Assembly: GCA_964016885.1 (NCBI GenBank)
Contig: OZ024743.1
Span: 104,904,001 to 104,968,000 of the forward strand
Length of the DNA: 64,000 bases
Origin: Eledone cirrhosa
Lineage: Eukaryota
Direction of reading: 5' to 3'
Made by a program: the position numbers and the translations under genes. Positions 60,726 to 64,000 of this stretch are shown one piece after another; position 1 is the first letter of the stretch; every line of letters begins with the position of its first letter. Under the pieces are notes generated by a model. The model searched no databases. It was not told where the DNA came from and worked only from the letters and a program-made list of their open reading frames with translations.

Positions 60726-61821
60726 GAGAAGAAAGAAGAATACTGCGTGGTTGCACATGGGTTACATATGATAAAAATAGTCCTTCGTCAGTGATTTTCC
60801 AACCATCATTGGTATTTCATCGCATTAAAAATCATATACCTCAGGTTGGTGCGAGCAATAACTAAAAAAAGTTATTGGGACCAGTAAATCGCTTAAAGCG
60901 AGGGAGACAAGTGAACAACATAGAAGGATAAAAGCAAACCAAAGAAAGGAAATAAACAAGCAACATGGTTGTCCTGGTCAGCATAAGCTGGGTGGATTTC
61001 ATGAGCGAAAGGTACAGACGTCCGACGTGAGTGAGATGTAAGCAAGAAGAGACCCACTGTAAGCCAAACGGGAGGAAGTGAGAAGGGAACGGACGAAGTG
61101 TGTGCTCTTGGGTTCTTCATCCGTTCCCTTGTGAGTACCAATTCACTCCCACCGCCTGCGCAGGAGCAGGTCCCAAGGAAGTTGACCATTAGCTACCACA
61201 GATTTCAACGAAATTCGCTTAGTCAGTTCCCCCTCTCAACCAAACAATGACCCATTCAGGCCTGTTATATATAGCTTACTGCTACCTACCCCGTCTGTGG
61301 CAGTCAGTCGAAAGCCAGTGGGCATGGGAGAGTGTGAGTATCTATAGGTTTCAATACTACCCCTCATTAAGCATGGACAGTAGAATTGACCATCAACCTC
61401 TAAGAGAAAATATACTTAATTCTAGATATCATGGTTTCACAGTGGAAGTTATGAATGAGAGTTGGAAATTAGAACTAAAAATTAAAAATTAAAAATTAAA
61501 AATCGAAAATCAGAAATCAAAAGAATTTTTAAGTGAGAATCTAGATTGAGGTGAGTAAAAAAATATAGATTGAAGTGAGTAAATAATATATGCACCTATA
61601 CTATAAGTTTTGAAAGGGGTATTAATGTTACAGTTATATTATCTACATACTGAACGATAGTACCGTACAGTAGAACGGAGGGTAAATTACAGTATGAAAG
61701 GTAGTAGTTAGTCGGGTACACAGTTGGAATTTCCATCACATGGAACAAAACCCACAAAACATATAAAGTATACAAAAGAAAAAAACTAATAAATGCAAAA
61801 AACACATACAGTACATATATG

Positions 61822-61866
<45 letters not shown>

Positions 61867-62032
61867 TAGTATATCTACCAACATATGTATACAGATGTAT
61901 ACCCATGCTAGCAAATATAGATGTTATGTCTTAGTACCTTTGTGGTTCTATGCAGGGGGATGCAGAACAATTATATGAAAGACGTAAAATAAGAAAATTT
62001 TAAAAATTAAAAATTAACTTACTAAAATTTTC

Positions 62033-62114
62033 ACTCCAACTAATTAGTTTCTGTAAGGGAATAAATATAGTTACATAATGTAACTACAGAGAATTCCTTA
62101 CTTCATCAGGGAGT
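62033..62114 (-). ncRNA. Type I HHR (family M); second copy 62572-62650 is cut within stem I
   Basis: Reverse complement of the 63206-63287 fold. Confidence 0.8.
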
Positions 62115-63205
62115 CTATTCTCAGCTAAGTTCCCAGGCAATGCGCGGACACTAGGAACCCATATAAAAATAATAATTCAGTGGATGGAATAAAGCTAGCG
62201 GGGACTAAATTCCAGAGCACTGAAAAAAATTCACTGCCTACTGGGTCAGTGGCAAATTCTAAAGAATCAATCACGTGACACTGAGGTCAATCAGTGAGGA
62301 GTGGGTTGGTATTATGACAAGTGCCTACTACTACTACCATGAACCATGGCAGTAAATTTTGGCAAGTTTTACTCAACAAATAATTTGGAGATAAATATAG
62401 AGAATTAGTATATCTACCAAAATATGTATACAGATGTATACCCATGCTAGCAAATATATATGTTATGTCTTAGTACCTTTGTGGTTCTATGCAGGGGGAT
62501 GCAGAACAATTATATGAAAGACGTAAAATAAGAACATTTTAAAAATTAAAAATTAACTTACTAAAATTTTCACTCCAACTAATTAGTTTCTGTAAGGGAG
62601 TAAATATAGTTACGTAATGTAACTACAGAGAATTCCTTACTTCATCAGGGATGAATCAATCACGTGACACTGATTGACCTCAGTGTCACGTGATTGATTC
62701 TTTAGAATTTGCCACTTACCCAGTAGGCAGTGAATTTTTTTCAATGCTCTGGAATTTAGTCCCGCTAGCTTTATTCCATCCACAAATTTTCTTATTTTAC
62801 GTCTTTCATATAATTGTTCTGCATCCCCCTGCATAGAACCACAAAGGTACTAAAACATAACATATATATTTGCTAGCATGGGTATACATCTGTATACATA
62901 TGTTGGTAGATATACTAATTCTCTATATTTATCTCCAAATTATTTGTTGAGTATAACTTGCCAAAATTTACTGCCATGGTTCATGGTAGTAGTAGGCACT
63001 TGTCATAATACCAACCCACTCCTCACTGATTGACCTCAGTGTCACGTGATTGATTCTTTAGAATTTACCACTGACCCAGTAGGCAGTGAATTTTTTTCAG
63101 TGCTCTGGAATTTAGTCCTCGCTAGCTTTATTCCATCCACTGAATTATTATTTTTATATGGGTTCCTAGTGTCCGCGCATTGCCTGGAAACTTAGCTGAG
63201 AATAG

Positions 63206-63287
63206 ACTCCCTGATGAAGTAAGGAATTCTCTATAGTTACATTACGTAACTATATTTACTCCCTTACAGAAACTAATTAGTTGGAGT
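63206..63287 (+). ncRNA. Type I HHR with long stem II (family M)
   Basis: ACTCC-CTGATGA-AGTAAGG..ATAGTTAC ATTAC GTAACTAT..CCTTACA-GAAA-CTAATTA-GTT-GGAGT; palindromic AACTAATTAGTT stem III. Confidence 0.82.
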
Positions 63288-63933
63288 GGAAATTTGAGTA
63301 AGTAAGTTAATTTTTAATTTTTAAAATTTCCTTATTTTACGTCTTTCATATATATATATACATACGTGCGCGTACCTTTACCTTCACATGCACACACATA
63401 TATCTGTATATATATAAAATTAAGTATGCGTGTGTGTGTGTCTGTGTATTACCTATAGGGGCCTACATCTTACGACCGATTTTCATGAATCTTTACAGGC
63501 TCATAGATTAGTCATCGGGAAGTGTTTTCTGTATATCAGCGTATCGTTTTGTTTTATTCCGGGGTCATTAAATATTCAAGAATAAGTCAACCAAATACAC
63601 AAAATCTTAGTTAAAACAAATTAAAGGGAAGTAAATCTTGATACCTAAGAAGCAGGACAGAAGGAATTATTTCCCGTTGATAGTTACTCTAATCGGTTAA
63701 AACAATTGCCACACAATGACAAATGACTTCTTGGTCGCTCTACCAGCTAAAAATACATTGAACAAAATATTTAAGTAAAATCATCTTGAGAAACATCAAC
63801 ACCATTCTATCATGAGACGCTACTAATGAAAAAGAACGAATGTAGGAGAAATCGTCAATCCATATAAACTTTCACCGTTAACTCAGCAGACGACATTACT
63901 TAATATCTACACTCCTACATCGATCTGTATGTT

Positions 63934-64000
<67 letters not shown>

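Larger units (their letters stand above)
61862..63350. mobile_element. ORF-less HHR element family M: 539-bp unit x1.5 plus inverted copies
   Basis: AGAATTAGTATATCTACC at 61862 and 62401; reverse-complement unit ~62671-63350; three HHR cores. Confidence 0.85.

Noticed and set aside
60800-60850. Minus-strand CTGAGGT...GAAA with CAAC/GTTG stem
   Set aside because: A9 is lost, the cleavage position is G and stem II is weak.

Overview
AT-rich eukaryotic, repeat-dominated DNA. The extreme (TA)n/(CA)n/(AG)n/(ATGT)n load and the tRNA-derived SINE suggest an invertebrate, probably an octopus-like cephalopod (inference). No host gene is convincingly present, and most of the ORF track is microsatellite read-through. 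Real coding remnants: three Naiad-type Penelope-like elements (PLEs; one with an uninterrupted ~740-codon RT+GIY-YIG frame), a Neptune-type and one other PLE endonuclease fragment, a decayed hAT (Buster/Charlie) transposase, and RTE LINE pieces. Also present: SINEs, a hAT MITE, a Helitron end, a 5.3 kb 33-bp tandem array and a TTAGGG-like array. The main hidden signal: many non-coding islands between (TA)n tracts carry a type I hammerhead ribozyme (HHR) fold. By eye I find about 13 sequence-unrelated families in over 20 copies, including U3-A8 and position-4 core variants. Several sit in 320-540 bp ORF-less units arranged as partial tandem plus fold-back, i.e. candidate retrozyme-like or non-autonomous PLE elements in (TA)n. 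All folds were read manually; none was computed or tested.
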